Source of the DNA: a virus
Lineage: Duplodnaviria; Caudoviricetes
Virus record (IMG/VR): IMGVR_UViG_3300037963_001723
Span: 1 to 57,719 of that record
Length of the DNA: 57,719 nucleotides
Reading direction: 5' to 3' (one strand)
The notes under the pieces were generated by a model. That model did not search any database, was not told the DNA's origin, and saw nothing but the letters and a program-made list of their open reading frames with translations. Positions within the stretch are counted from its first letter, which is position 1, and each line of letters begins with the position of its first letter. Positions 8,894-18,575 of this stretch are shown piece by piece. The translations under genes and the position numbers were made by a program.

Positions 8894-11374
8894 CTATTCT
8901 GTTATTCCTTTTTTACTTAATTCTCTTTGTATTTCTATAGCTAATCTTATTCCTTCTGCAAATTCTTTTGAATGCGAGCTTTCACCTTCCATTGCAGCTT
9001 CTAATAAAGCGTCTCCAATTTTTTGACCTATCTTAGCTCCTTCAATTTTCTCATCTGATTCAATTCTTCTTAATTCAGTCATTACATCTGCTTTAATTCT
9101 AGCTCTATTAGCCGCAGCTTTTTCTTCATCTGCTTTAGCTTTTCTTATTAGCTCGCCTTCTTGTATATCCAACTCTCTATTTCTTTGTTGAATAATTGGG
9201 TCTTCAAGCTGTTCTTGAATTTGTTGTTGTTGAGCTTGTTGTTGTTTGCGAGCAGTTAATTTTTCAGCTGCTTGAGCAACAAGGTCTGAAAGTCTTTTCT
9301 CTACATCTGCTGGTAAAGGTTCTCCAATAGGTGGTAATGGAGTTCCTAATTCATTTTCAATTTCTTCTCTATATTGGAAAGCTAAATGTTCTCTAATATG
9401 ATCATCAATAGCCATCATTATAACTCCGCTAGAAGCGCTTTGTTGAGATTGCTCTTGGAACTCTGGGTCTTGCATTCCTGCCATATGAACTGCAATATGA
9501 GCTTCATGGTCTTGAAACTCAAAGGCTTTATTTGGTTTCATATTTAAGAAGTTCATATTTTCAGTTACTGGATCAGTAGGTTTAAAGTCATCAGGGTTAG
9601 GAATAACTTTATCAACATTTTCAATACCTAATACTTCTAACATTTGTCTATGAAGTTCTGGCATATCATACATATCTGGCGCTTGTTGAGCTAACTGTAA
9701 AGCTGCTTGATACTGCATAATTCTTTGAGACATTGTAGCAGCGTTTGGATTACTTACTGGTATAACATCTACACGACCATCAAAATCTTCAGACTTTAAA
9801 AATTCATCTGGGTCTTCATAATAAGGATATTCTGGTGGAGTAAAATCTCTAATTATATCTGTAAGTATTGTAAATTCTTTGTGCATTGCAGCATGAAGCC
9901 TTGATTGTATTGCTCCCATAACTTTCATTTGTCTTTCCATAAGAGCAAGTGTTGTTCCAACTGGAGCTTCATTATTCATATCAGCAATTTTTAAATCGCC
10001 TAAACTTGCAAACCTTCTTCCTTCATCAACTATTGTTGTTAATAATTGATACAATGTAGGGCTTGGTTCTTTATAAGGTAAGAAAGAAATGTTTTCTGCT
10101 ATAGTTCCGCCTGGAACATCTACATCTCTAAACTCACCTGGCATTATAGGTGTGTCATCACCTTTAATTCTTAAACCTCTGGTTTTTAATCCGCCTGGAA
10201 GATTTGATAAAGTACCAGCGTCAATAAGTTGTCTTAATAAAGAAGTGGCCGATCTACTTAATCCACCAATCATATGTATTAATCCAAATCCATAAAAACC
10301 TATTCCAGGCAAATATTGATAATGAACAAAGTGTTGAATTCTTCTTTTCTTAGGATCGCCTTCTTCATAGTTTCTTCTAATAGCTAAAACTTTAGCACTC
10401 GATTTATCAACAGTTACTATATAAGGAAGAGCAATACCTGTGGGCTCACCATTTACCGTATCTTCAAAGCCAGGAAGGTCAAGGTCAACTTGCATTTCAA
10501 GAATAGTGTAACGGCCATCATTATCATACTCTACGCTGCTTTCACCTGTTAATTTGTTATATTTATCTGTTATTTCGTCAATATCAGGGCTTGGATTAGG
10601 TAAATCACATTCTTTAAAGAAACCAGAATACATTAGTTTTTTGATTTCATTTTCTGTTTTTTTCATTACATGAGTAGCTCTTTCACATGTAAGAAGATCA
10701 CTTGCTCCATAACTAACTACAAAATCTTCTGCTGGAACGAATATAGAGCAAGGTCTTCCCATGTTTGAGTCATAATAGACTTTACGAAAAGCTGATCCTG
10801 CTAAGGGGAGAGAAAAAAGTAGCTTTTCTGTTTCAGTTCTATACTCAACCATTTTTTCAGTTAATAGATAATTCATATACTCTTGAATTCTATTAGCTTG
10901 TTTTTCTTTTTCATCGTTAATAGTTCCCAGAATTTTAGTTTTTACTGGACCTTCTGCTGGAAATATTTCTGATATAGCTTGTGATTGAAACCTTATAACT
11001 GCCTCAGATAAAAGTGGATGAAAAACTCCACAAGCTCCTGGCCAAGGTTCTGTTCTTTCATCAACAGTTAATCCAAGTTGATCTAAACCTTTTATATATG
11101 TTTCTTCCCAATCAGCTCTTGATTCTTTATCAGCTGAAAAATCACTAACAATTTGACTACCTAAAGCATCTAATTCACTTTCATCTAAAATCTCAGCTAA
11201 ATTTTCTCCAAAGCCAGACTCAAGACCAGTAGGCCCTCCACCAAAATCAATTTCTATACCGCCATCTTCTGTTTCTATTCCAACTGATTCTGGGTTAACT
11301 ATTTCTATTTCTATAGCTTCACCGTTTAAATTTTTTTTATCTTCTACTTGTTGTATGCCTTTTTCTATCGCCAT
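8894..11374 (-). CDS. Portal protein (P22-like)
   Basis: 826 aa directly after TerL; HPLLSEAV.RFQ, YGFGLIH, QLIDAGTLSNLP; Gln-rich C-terminal coil. Confidence 0.9.
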   Translation of the reverse strand: MAIEKGIQQVEDKKNLNGEAIEIEIVNPESVGIETEDGGIEIDFGGGPTGLESGFGENLAEILDESELDALGSQIVSDFSADKESRADWEETYIKGLDQLGLTVDERTEPWPGACGVFHPLLSEAVIRFQSQAISEIFPAEGPVKTKILGTINDEKEKQANRIQEYMNYLLTEKMVEYRTETEKLLFSLPLAGSAFRKVYYDSNMGRPCSIFVPAEDFVVSYGASDLLTCERATHVMKKTENEIKKLMYSGFFKECDLPNPSPDIDEITDKYNKLTGESSVEYDNDGRYTILEMQVDLDLPGFEDTVNGEPTGIALPYIVTVDKSSAKVLAIRRNYEEGDPKKRRIQHFVHYQYLPGIGFYGFGLIHMIGGLSRSATSLLRQLIDAGTLSNLPGGLKTRGLRIKGDDTPIMPGEFRDVDVPGGTIAENISFLPYKEPSPTLYQLLTTIVDEGRRFASLGDLKIADMNNEAPVGTTLALMERQMKVMGAIQSRLHAAMHKEFTILTDIIRDFTPPEYPYYEDPDEFLKSEDFDGRVDVIPVSNPNAATMSQRIMQYQAALQLAQQAPDMYDMPELHRQMLEVLGIENVDKVIPNPDDFKPTDPVTENMNFLNMKPNKAFEFQDHEAHIAVHMAGMQDPEFQEQSQQSASSGVIMMAIDDHIREHLAFQYREEIENELGTPLPPIGEPLPADVEKRLSDLVAQAAEKLTARKQQQAQQQQIQEQLEDPIIQQRNRELDIQEGELIRKAKADEEKAAANRARIKADVMTELRRIESDEKIEGAKIGQKIGDALLEAAMEGESSHSKEFAEGIRLAIEIQRELSKKGITE

Positions 11375-11383
11375 TTATAATCC

Positions 11384-12898
11384 TTAATAGTACTCAGCTC
11401 TTTTTCTGTCATCAAACGGTTCTTCTAGCTCATCACTAAATAAACTAACAAAACCACCTTGTCTAAACCTTATTAAAGCTTGAGTACTGCTATCAACAAG
11501 GTCATCGTGTTCTGCATTTGGAAAAGCAGCAAACTGCTCAACCACTTCTTCTGCCCATCTAGTTTCTGGACACCATACTACACCAGAAGCAAACAAGTCT
11601 GCAACTGCATTCACACGAGCTATCTTATCATTTCCTCTGCTTGGTGTATACTCTGAAACTGGAATACCCATAGAACGCAATTCAAATATTAAAGGAGTAC
11701 CTGCTGCTTTAGCTTCAACTACAAAAGCGTCAGGTTGATATGATTTATACATTTCCATTGCTTTTGCTTTTAATTCTGGAAACTCTAATCTTTCTTGATA
11801 TGCATCTAATAAAATTAATTGTGGCGCTAATGCTCCATCAAACTCATCTTCTGCATAAAAAACACCCCATGTAGTGCAAGCAGAAAAGTCTGCTCTTTGT
11901 GTTTTTAAAAAAGCAGTATCCCAAGATTGAATAATAAACTGACAATTAGGTGGGTTTTCATGTTCCCATATTCTCCACCATTCTCTTTTTACTAAAGCTC
12001 CTTCTTCTGAGCTAGGGTTTTGTTGATACTGAGCAGACCATTTAGAAACTGGAAGTTCAGCTTTTAATGCCTCAAGTTCTTCTTGAGACCAAAATTCTGG
12101 CCACAGAGGATTTCCAGACGGCATTATTGCAGGAAGTTCAATAACTTTCCATTCATCTGCTCCGCCTCTTTTAATACTAGCGTCAATAATTTGACCAGTT
12201 AAATCACGCTCGTGCCATCTTGTCATAACAATAACAATAGCTCCGCCTGGCTGAAGTCTTTGTCTAGGACCAGAAGTATACCATTCATAAGTTTTATTAA
12301 AAACATTTACATCAGCTGAAGCGCCTTCTTGTTCAGAATGAGGATCGTCAATGATAAGTAAGTCAGCACCTTTACCTGTAACAGCACCACCTACACCAAT
12401 CGCAAAGTATTCTCCGCCTTTATTAGTGTTCCATCTACCAGCAGCTTTACTGTCTGATTGTAATTTAACTTCACCAAAAACACCGCTAAAATCTTTATCA
12501 CCAACTAAGTTTCTTACTTTACGACCAAAGCCTACAGCTAATTCTGCAGTATGGGCTGTTTGAATAACTTTCTTTTCAGGAAACTTACCTAAAAACCAAG
12601 CAGGTAAAAGATAACTAGCAAACTCTGATTTAGTATGACGAGGGGGCATATTAATAATTAATCTTTTTAATTTGCCATCAACAACATCTTGAAATGCATC
12701 AGCCATAATTTTATGATGATTACCGCTAATAAATGCAGGCCACATCTTTTTTACAAAAGGAAGATACTCATCTTTGCATTTCTCTCTTGTTTTTGCGTCT
12801 TCATACTCGTGTAATAACTCAAGTATTTCTTTACGCTTATTAGGAGGAAAAGTAGATATATTACTTAAAACATCTCCTGGATTTATTTCAAGCGTCAT
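11384..12898 (-). CDS. terL: Terminase large subunit
   Basis: MPPRHTKS Walker A, LLIIDD Walker B, MTRW, SWDTA and HDDLVD nuclease motifs. Confidence 0.95.
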   Translation of the reverse strand: MTLEINPGDVLSNISTFPPNKRKEILELLHEYEDAKTREKCKDEYLPFVKKMWPAFISGNHHKIMADAFQDVVDGKLKRLIINMPPRHTKSEFASYLLPAWFLGKFPEKKVIQTAHTAELAVGFGRKVRNLVGDKDFSGVFGEVKLQSDSKAAGRWNTNKGGEYFAIGVGGAVTGKGADLLIIDDPHSEQEGASADVNVFNKTYEWYTSGPRQRLQPGGAIVIVMTRWHERDLTGQIIDASIKRGGADEWKVIELPAIMPSGNPLWPEFWSQEELEALKAELPVSKWSAQYQQNPSSEEGALVKREWWRIWEHENPPNCQFIIQSWDTAFLKTQRADFSACTTWGVFYAEDEFDGALAPQLILLDAYQERLEFPELKAKAMEMYKSYQPDAFVVEAKAAGTPLIFELRSMGIPVSEYTPSRGNDKIARVNAVADLFASGVVWCPETRWAEEVVEQFAAFPNAEHDDLVDSSTQALIRFRQGGFVSLFSDELEEPFDDRKRAEYY

Positions 12899-13140
12899 TT
12901 TTTTCTAGCCTTTTTAGTTCTAGGAAACGATCTGTTTTTACTTCTTGATTTTACAACTAAGTTCTTTTTTGAATTGTTTTTAGGGTTTCCGTCTTTGTGA
13001 TGAACATCTTTGTTATCACCTTTGCGGACTTTACCACTCTTTAATGCTCTACTCCTAGCTGTATTCCGAGAAGCTCTACGCTTCTTTTGTTTATCAGTTC
13101 CCTGATAATTCTTATATTCTTTTTTGTAATTTCTAGCCAT
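12895..13140 (-). CDS. Small basic HNH-like protein
   Basis: DVHHKDGNPKNN...N motif, adjacent to TerL. Confidence 0.7.
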   Translation of the reverse strand: MARNYKKEYKNYQGTDKQKKRRASRNTARSRALKSGKVRKGDNKDVHHKDGNPKNNSKKNLVVKSRSKNRSFPRTKKARKK

Positions 13141-13382
13141 TATCTTTTTTTACCTTTATGTAAACCATGTCTAGCATGTTGTTTACCTTTAGATGTGGCT
13201 TCTCTTTTCTTTTTGTTTGCTCTTGAAAGTTTGGCTCTTCCTTTTGCAGTAGATTTTAATTTTTTAATAGTAGAAGAAGGTGCATATACTTCTCCAGTCT
13301 CAGATGATTTTTTTCCACTAGGAGTTCTCCATTTTTGTTTACCCCATCTTTTTAAAGATTTTTGTGTTTTTTTAAGTGCCAT
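13140..13382 (-). CDS. Small basic conserved phage protein
   Basis: 80 aa, K/R-rich, SLKRW.KQKWRT motif. Confidence 0.7.
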   Translation of the reverse strand: MALKKTQKSLKRWGKQKWRTPSGKKSSETGEVYAPSSTIKKLKSTAKGRAKLSRANKKKREATSKGKQHARHGLHKGKKR

Positions 13383-13582
13383 TATTTATAGCCACCACCT
13401 TTTGATTTATATTGTTTAGCAAGCATTTGTGCTTTTCTAGCAGACCATTGACCTGCTTTGCCACCTTTAGTTCCTGCTTTTATTTTACTAAATAATCTTT
13501 TTCTCATAGTAGGTTTAGTATAATTACCTGCTTCATTTACACGAGATTTAGTTTTCTTTTTTGTTTTTTTCTTTGTAGCCAT
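13382..13582 (-). CDS. Small basic conserved phage protein
   Basis: 66 aa, NYTKP...GQWSARKAQ...YK.KGGGY. Confidence 0.7.
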   Translation of the reverse strand: MATKKKTKKKTKSRVNEAGNYTKPTMRKRLFSKIKAGTKGGKAGQWSARKAQMLAKQYKSKGGGYK

Positions 13583-13597
13583 TTTTTTTACATTACC

Positions 13598-14251
13598 TTA
13601 TTTATATAAATTATTAAAGGTTATATTGGGATCAGTATAACTTTCATGTTCTTCACTACTATGTATTTCTTGACTAGGCATAAAATCAGGAGGTCCTTCT
13701 CCTGTTACCCAAAGAGCTGGATTTGTTACTCTAACTCTATTATTTGGTAAAGCAACTAAGTTACCTTTCCATTGACCTTCAGTTAAGTATAACACATGAC
13801 TTTGTTTATGTTGATCTGGACTGTCAGCTATTTCATGTTCAGTATAATCAACTGTAAAAATATATTTAGCCATATAAAACTCACCATCTATTTTTGCATA
13901 CCAAGGTGATGATGATGCTCTATCTATTGATACAACTGAATGATGATGTGACATGCAATCCCAAGGTTGACATAAATGATTCTCCATTCTGTCAGGCCAT
14001 TCTTTTACAGGAATATCTGCTACAATTCCTTGTATTGGCATTCTAGCCCACATAGCACCACCATGAACATTATTGTCCATGTCTTCACAACCTGTAAAAA
14101 TTATTTGAAATGATAATGACCTATCTGGAATGCAATTAACTGCTACAGCTAATCCATGAATAAACTCTCCATGATATTTCTCGTGATTAGCCGTAAACTC
14201 TTTTCTTACCCACACTTTAAAGTATGGAATATTAGATATTAGATAAGACAT
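13598..14251 (-). CDS. Conserved hypothetical phage protein
   Basis: 217 aa, GGAMWARMP, QPWDC and PNNR motifs; GGAGG RBS. Confidence 0.75.
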   Translation of the reverse strand: MSYLISNIPYFKVWVRKEFTANHEKYHGEFIHGLAVAVNCIPDRSLSFQIIFTGCEDMDNNVHGGAMWARMPIQGIVADIPVKEWPDRMENHLCQPWDCMSHHHSVVSIDRASSSPWYAKIDGEFYMAKYIFTVDYTEHEIADSPDQHKQSHVLYLTEGQWKGNLVALPNNRVRVTNPALWVTGEGPPDFMPSQEIHSSEEHESYTDPNITFNNLYK

Positions 14252-14270
14252 AAAACCTCCCTATGTTTAG

Positions 14271-14441
14271 TTATCTTTTGCCGCCTCTCATTTTACCTTT
14301 AACTTTTTTGCCGTATTTCATACGAGTAACTCCACCTCTCGGTTTTGCTTTAACAGATTTGCCACCCATCATTCTGCGAGACTTTGCTTTTACGGATTTG
14401 CCACCCATCATTCTACGAGGTTTACCTTTAGATTTTTTCAT
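14271..14441 (-). CDS. Small basic repeat protein (56 aa, MMGG repeats)
   Basis: MKKSKGKPRRMMGGKSVKAKSRRMMGGKSVKAKPRGGVTRMKYGKKVKGKMRGGKR, AAGGAG RBS. Not in the ORF track. Confidence 0.8.
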   Translation of the reverse strand: MKKSKGKPRRMMGGKSVKAKSRRMMGGKSVKAKPRGGVTRMKYGKKVKGKMRGGKR

Positions 14442-14456
14442 AATTATCTCCTTTTG

Positions 14457-14798
14457 TTAACATTTCCACCTTCTTCTCGCTTGTCTGATTCGAGAATTAG
14501 GATCATTTCTAGTTTTAGCACTACTTCTTTTTAACTGACCTAATGATCTAGCACAATAAGATTTTCTTCTTTTTGCAGCTTTACTACCTTTTTTAACTTT
14601 GCCTGTTACAGCAGTCTTTAATTTAGAGCCAGGATTAGCCTTACGATAAGCCCTAACTCCCTTTTTCGTCATTCCTGCGCCTTTTTTAGTAGGGCGATAA
14701 TTAGCATTCTTACCTTTAGTAGTCTTTCTTATTGCTTTTTCTTTTCTTTTCGCCATTACTTGCTTTCTAAACTCCGCACATTCCTTCGCATTCGCCAA
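14457..14798 (-). CDS. Small basic conserved phage protein (true start probably the internal MAKRK)
   Basis: GMT.KG..AY...NPGSKLK, RRKSYCARS, RRRWKC. Confidence 0.7.
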   Translation of the reverse strand: MANAKECAEFRKQVMAKRKEKAIRKTTKGKNANYRPTKKGAGMTKKGVRAYRKANPGSKLKTAVTGKVKKGSKAAKRRKSYCARSLGQLKRSSAKTRNDPNSRIRQARRRWKC

Positions 14799-15627
14799 GA
14801 AAATTTAATTGACCTTTATCTTCTGCATTAGAAAAATCAACTTCATCTAGTGGCTCACAACTTCTATGAAGATATTGTTCATTTTCTAATTTAGAATTTT
14901 CACGAACATAATCTTCTCGTAACATTTTGTCATATTTAACTGCAAAATCCCAGCTCTTTTTATCATTAATCTTCATATCTCTCCATGTTGCTTGATCGTG
15001 GAAAGGACAAAATATACAAGCAGATTTAGCTAAAGTTCTTCCTGGATAACGACTTTCAAACCAATCAATAAGTTGATGTCTTCTTAATTCTAATTCTAAA
15101 AGAGGCCATCTATTGTATGTCCATTTATCACGAGCTTCTTTTGCACGAATCATTTCATCGTAACTAATACCAATCCATTGTTCTACAACAACATCTTTAG
15201 GAACTTGTTTGTGTTTTTTAACGCCTAATAGTTCTCTTACTTTTTTTCTAATTGGTCTTATTTTATAATCTGTAGTGCATTGTCTTCTACCCATTCCACC
15301 ATCACCACCTTTTTTATGTTTAGGTGTTTTTAAATAAAAAGGTACTGCTGCAAAGTGATTAGGCCTACCAACTCTACCTTTTACAGCATCGTGCCCTAAA
15401 TCCCCTGCTGTGACAATATGAATAGGAAAATCTAATTGTTCTTGTAACCATTCTAAATGTTCATAAACATGATCTGGTTCTGATTGAGTATCTGCAAATA
15501 TACCGCAGTCTGGTTTATCTTTTATTTCTCCAGTCATTGTCATCAAAGCCATTACTGTTGATTGAACGCCTGCACCTAAACTAAGAACTCTTAATGTAGG
15601 TTTTTCGTGTAATTCAGCTAATTGCAT
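14767..15627 (-). CDS. PAPS reductase-like PP-loop protein
   Basis: SLGAGVQS PP-loop, FADT, RQCT..YKI.P, SACIFCPFH and C-terminal CEGMC. Confidence 0.8.
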   Translation of the reverse strand: MQLAELHEKPTLRVLSLGAGVQSTVMALMTMTGEIKDKPDCGIFADTQSEPDHVYEHLEWLQEQLDFPIHIVTAGDLGHDAVKGRVGRPNHFAAVPFYLKTPKHKKGGDGGMGRRQCTTDYKIRPIRKKVRELLGVKKHKQVPKDVVVEQWIGISYDEMIRAKEARDKWTYNRWPLLELELRRHQLIDWFESRYPGRTLAKSACIFCPFHDQATWRDMKINDKKSWDFAVKYDKMLREDYVRENSKLENEQYLHRSCEPLDEVDFSNAEDKGQLNFLGECEGMCGV

Positions 15628-15634
15628 ATCTAAC

Positions 15635-15892
15635 CTATATATGTTTCATAACATTAATCATAGCTTCTGTTTTTTCAAGAAGTTTTTCTGATTGTTTCTC
15701 TATTCTTACAGCATCATTAAGTAAAGCAATAGATTTTTTTTGAAAATACGATTGAAAACATGATTGCAAAATATTCCCATGTTGTTCTTCAGTTAAATAC
15801 TTTTTATGATATTCACCATCAATATTTACTAAAACATATACTCCTTCATGGTCAGGATTAAATGTTATTGTTAATTGTTTTACTTCTTTCAT
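15635..15892 (-). CDS. Hypothetical protein
   Basis: 85 aa with GGAG upstream. Confidence 0.65.
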   Translation of the reverse strand: MKEVKQLTITFNPDHEGVYVLVNIDGEYHKKYLTEEQHGNILQSCFQSYFQKKSIALLNDAVRIEKQSEKLLEKTEAMINVMKHI

Positions 15893-16096
15893 TTGTTTTA
15901 ACTATCTCCCTGCTCTCTATTTTTTTTAAAGTAATTATCCAGTTTTTTGTATTGGTCTTAATAGACCCCCCTTTTTTATTCATTAGTTTTTTTCTCCATA
16001 AATGTATAATAGGGCATTGTAACTTTGTTTTTTCGATTTTTTTGATATGCCTTCAGTTCATATTTCCATCTAGGCATATTAGTTTTTTTGTATTGT

Positions 16097-16318
16097 TTAC
16101 GCATTTTTATTGCTATTAGTTTCTCCAACTAGAAAATTACCTCTAACTTCAAAGACTTGGTCATTGTGAACTAACTTCTCAGCTCTCTCTTGGCGCTTTT
16201 TCTTCTTTCTAGCTGACCTTTTGCCAGAACCACTAAAGAGTTCTGGAAACATTTTTCTAATCCAAGGTCTTTTCTGCGCAGTATGCGATCTTTTACCTTT
16301 ATAGTTTTTATCTTTCAT
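16097..16318 (-). CDS. Hypothetical basic protein (start revised to MKDKNYK)
   Basis: GGGAG RBS precedes the in-frame ATG at 16318. Confidence 0.6.
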   Translation of the reverse strand: MKDKNYKGKRSHTAQKRPWIRKMFPELFSGSGKRSARKKKKRQERAEKLVHNDQVFEVRGNFLVGETNSNKNA

Positions 16319-16738
16319 TGAAATCTCCCTTTGTTTCGTAAAACATAGCATTGTTCGGAAAGATTTGGAAGCCCTAAAACAAGGGAGGGTGCTGAAGGGC
16401 TTCCTCGCCTTAACCGAATCACAAAGTCTCACCCATTCATCATGGAGCATTGCTGACGGTTAACAGCGAAACCAAACACTTGCATAAATTTACGCAAGAG
16501 TATATACTTATACTAGGTAATAACTAGTTAGTATCTTACTATATATTATCTATACTAGGTAATTACCTATTATCTAGTATTATACTAAGGGGGTTGTAGG
16601 AATGCTACTGAAAAGAAGAGAAAAAAAAGAGAAAGTTTAAATAATTAAAAAAAATTTTTTGAATTAAGGGATTGTTTGCCTTATATTCTGAAAAAAAGGG
16701 GGTGCTGACCCCTATAAACTTACCTAGAGGAGGAAAAA

Positions 16739-16975
16739 ATGCCAGCAAAACGAAAAAGAGCTCGTAATAAGAAGGGCCACTACATTAAAGACGATCCAAA
16801 TACGCCAGATATAAATGAAGCGTATGAACAACCTAAGAAAAAAGCTAAGAAAACAGTAAAAAAACCAAAAATTACTAAAAAAACGCCTGAACCTGTGCAA
16901 CCAATTACACCATATGGGGTGTTAGGTGTATGTTTAGCGCTACTTTTGATAGGTTTATACTTTTTATCTAACTAA
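16739..16975 (+). CDS. Small protein with C-terminal transmembrane helix
   Basis: GAGGAGG RBS; RARNKKGHYIKDDPNTPDINEAY motif; hydrophobic tail. Confidence 0.75.
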   Translation: MPAKRKRARNKKGHYIKDDPNTPDINEAYEQPKKKAKKTVKKPKITKKTPEPVQPITPYGVLGVCLALLLIGLYFLSN

Positions 16976-17177
16976 ATGTTGTATTAATACTACTATTATT
17001 ACTAGAAACGACTAGCCAATTAGGAAATTAACCTAATTATTTGAGCAAATCACTGTGTATATGGTAATCAACTAATCGTTATGTATCTAAGGGGGTGGGT
17101 ATCTGCATTTCCATGTGATAATTAACCTTAATTAAATCCTGAGAAATTAGTTTTTTTCTGTCTTGGTATGCTGTCTG

Positions 17178-17675
17178 TTAATCTGATAAACCTAATTTCT
17201 TTCTAAGCTCTGACTCCAACTGTTCAATAGATTTATCTTCTTCAGAATTTTCTATCTTGTCAGTAAACATGGCTACAGATTTTCCTAGCCAAGACAATGC
17301 CGAAACCTTTGCGTTAGAATTTGTTTCTTCATCTTCAATTATTTCCTTGAGTCCATTTTCGACATACTCTTTGACAGAGAGCTGTGTAGCGACTGAATTC
17401 AAAGTTATGGACTCCTCATACTCCTTGAGTCGTAGTGAAATCTTAGGGTGAGTCATTAGCCGACTCGACTCAACATACACAGACGAGTCTTTCATGTTCT
17501 CGCAATCATATGCTTTCCTATAACTCTCTGTCGCTGTTAGTTTTTCTTTCGTTATGCCTTGAATAAATGCTAACTGTTTCGCAGTCAGTCTGTCTTTCTT
17601 CTTCGGCTCTTTTTCATTACTTGCCGAATTCGATACTAAAACTAATTTCGGTTTATCTTCTTCACTATCTTTCAT
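17178..17675 (-). CDS. terS: Terminase small subunit
   Basis: LTAKQLAF...ATESYRKAY...SSRLMTHPKI...ALSWLGK...MFTDK, a TerS HTH pattern. Confidence 0.8.
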   Translation of the reverse strand: MKDSEEDKPKLVLVSNSASNEKEPKKKDRLTAKQLAFIQGITKEKLTATESYRKAYDCENMKDSSVYVESSRLMTHPKISLRLKEYEESITLNSVATQLSVKEYVENGLKEIIEDEETNSNAKVSALSWLGKSVAMFTDKIENSEEDKSIEQLESELRKKLGLSD

Positions 17676-17850
17676 AATAATTTATACTCCAAATAATTTT
17701 GATTATTACCACTACTTCCTCATCTGTTCAATCTTAAATTTACAAACTCTCCGCTGTATCTTGGTTTAAAATATTTACCTCTTTACCTGTTTTAGCTGTG
17801 ATTGTGATTTTCTAATTTTCAAAGAAACTTGGGCGAAAGTAAATTTAAGG

Positions 17851-17868
17851 AATTATACTAGTATTATT
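17851..17868. promoter_or_regulatory. 18-bp palindrome, copy 1 (AATTATACTAGTATTATT)
   Basis: One mismatch to AATAATACTAGTATTATT, which recurs in five intergenic regions. Confidence 0.7.
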
Positions 17869-18018
17869 CTATTTTTTTATCCGACAATTTTCCTCTTTCG
17901 GTTGTTATATACATAGAGCTTATAAAATCGAATTATGTCTAAAGGTCTTGATAAATCGTTAATATTTTGATACTTTTAGATATGAACGAATCAATAAAAT
18001 TTTTTACGAGGTTTAACA

Positions 18019-18198
18019 ATGTCAAAACAAAATAAGACTGAAACAAAAATTTCAGAGTTAATTATTTCATTACAAGGTCAGGTTGATATGCTTGAACATA
18101 TCAATGAAATTCTAATGGAAAATATAGACTACGAAAAGTATGCAGAAATTGAAGATAGAATTCAAAATATTATTACAACATTTAATGGTGGAAAATAA
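18019..18198 (+). CDS. Hypothetical early protein (59 aa)
   Basis: MSKQNKTETKISELII..., GAGGT RBS, TAATG overlap with the next gene. Not in the ORF track. Confidence 0.7.
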   Translation: MSKQNKTETKISELIISLQGQVDMLEHINEILMENIDYEKYAEIEDRIQNIITTFNGGK

Positions 18199-18575
18199 TG
18201 GAACAACTAAAATTATATCCCACAGCTGACGCAGTTATTAATGTAAATTTACACTCCAGCGGTGGAAAAATCTCGACCCCTGTTTTGAAAAAAAACTGGA
18301 TTTGCAAGAATGTGGGAAAGAAATTTTTTACAGTTCTTGATTATGAGAAATTAGAACAAGATGAAAATGAAAAGCCATTGATAAGAAATATCAACTGCCA
18401 AATAGCTGTTGATGATTTTCAAAGATTATCTAATGGAAAAGAATTAACCGAGAAACATTTAATGGTTAAAGATTTGAAACAGAATAATGGTTTCAAATTA
18501 TTAAGAATGGAATCCTTACTCGCCATAAAATTCAAAGGAGTAATTTTTAACTTTCCAAATAACGAGGTATCATAA
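18198..18575 (+). CDS. Hypothetical early protein
   Basis: 125 aa, coupled on both sides. Confidence 0.7.
   Translation: MEQLKLYPTADAVINVNLHSSGGKISTPVLKKNWICKNVGKKFFTVLDYEKLEQDENEKPLIRNINCQIAVDDFQRLSNGKELTEKHLMVKDLKQNNGFKLLRMESLLAIKFKGVIFNFPNNEVS

Noticed and set aside
14263-14460. Plus-strand 65-aa ORF
   Set aside because: It is antisense to the RBS-bearing 56-aa basic ORF on the operon strand.
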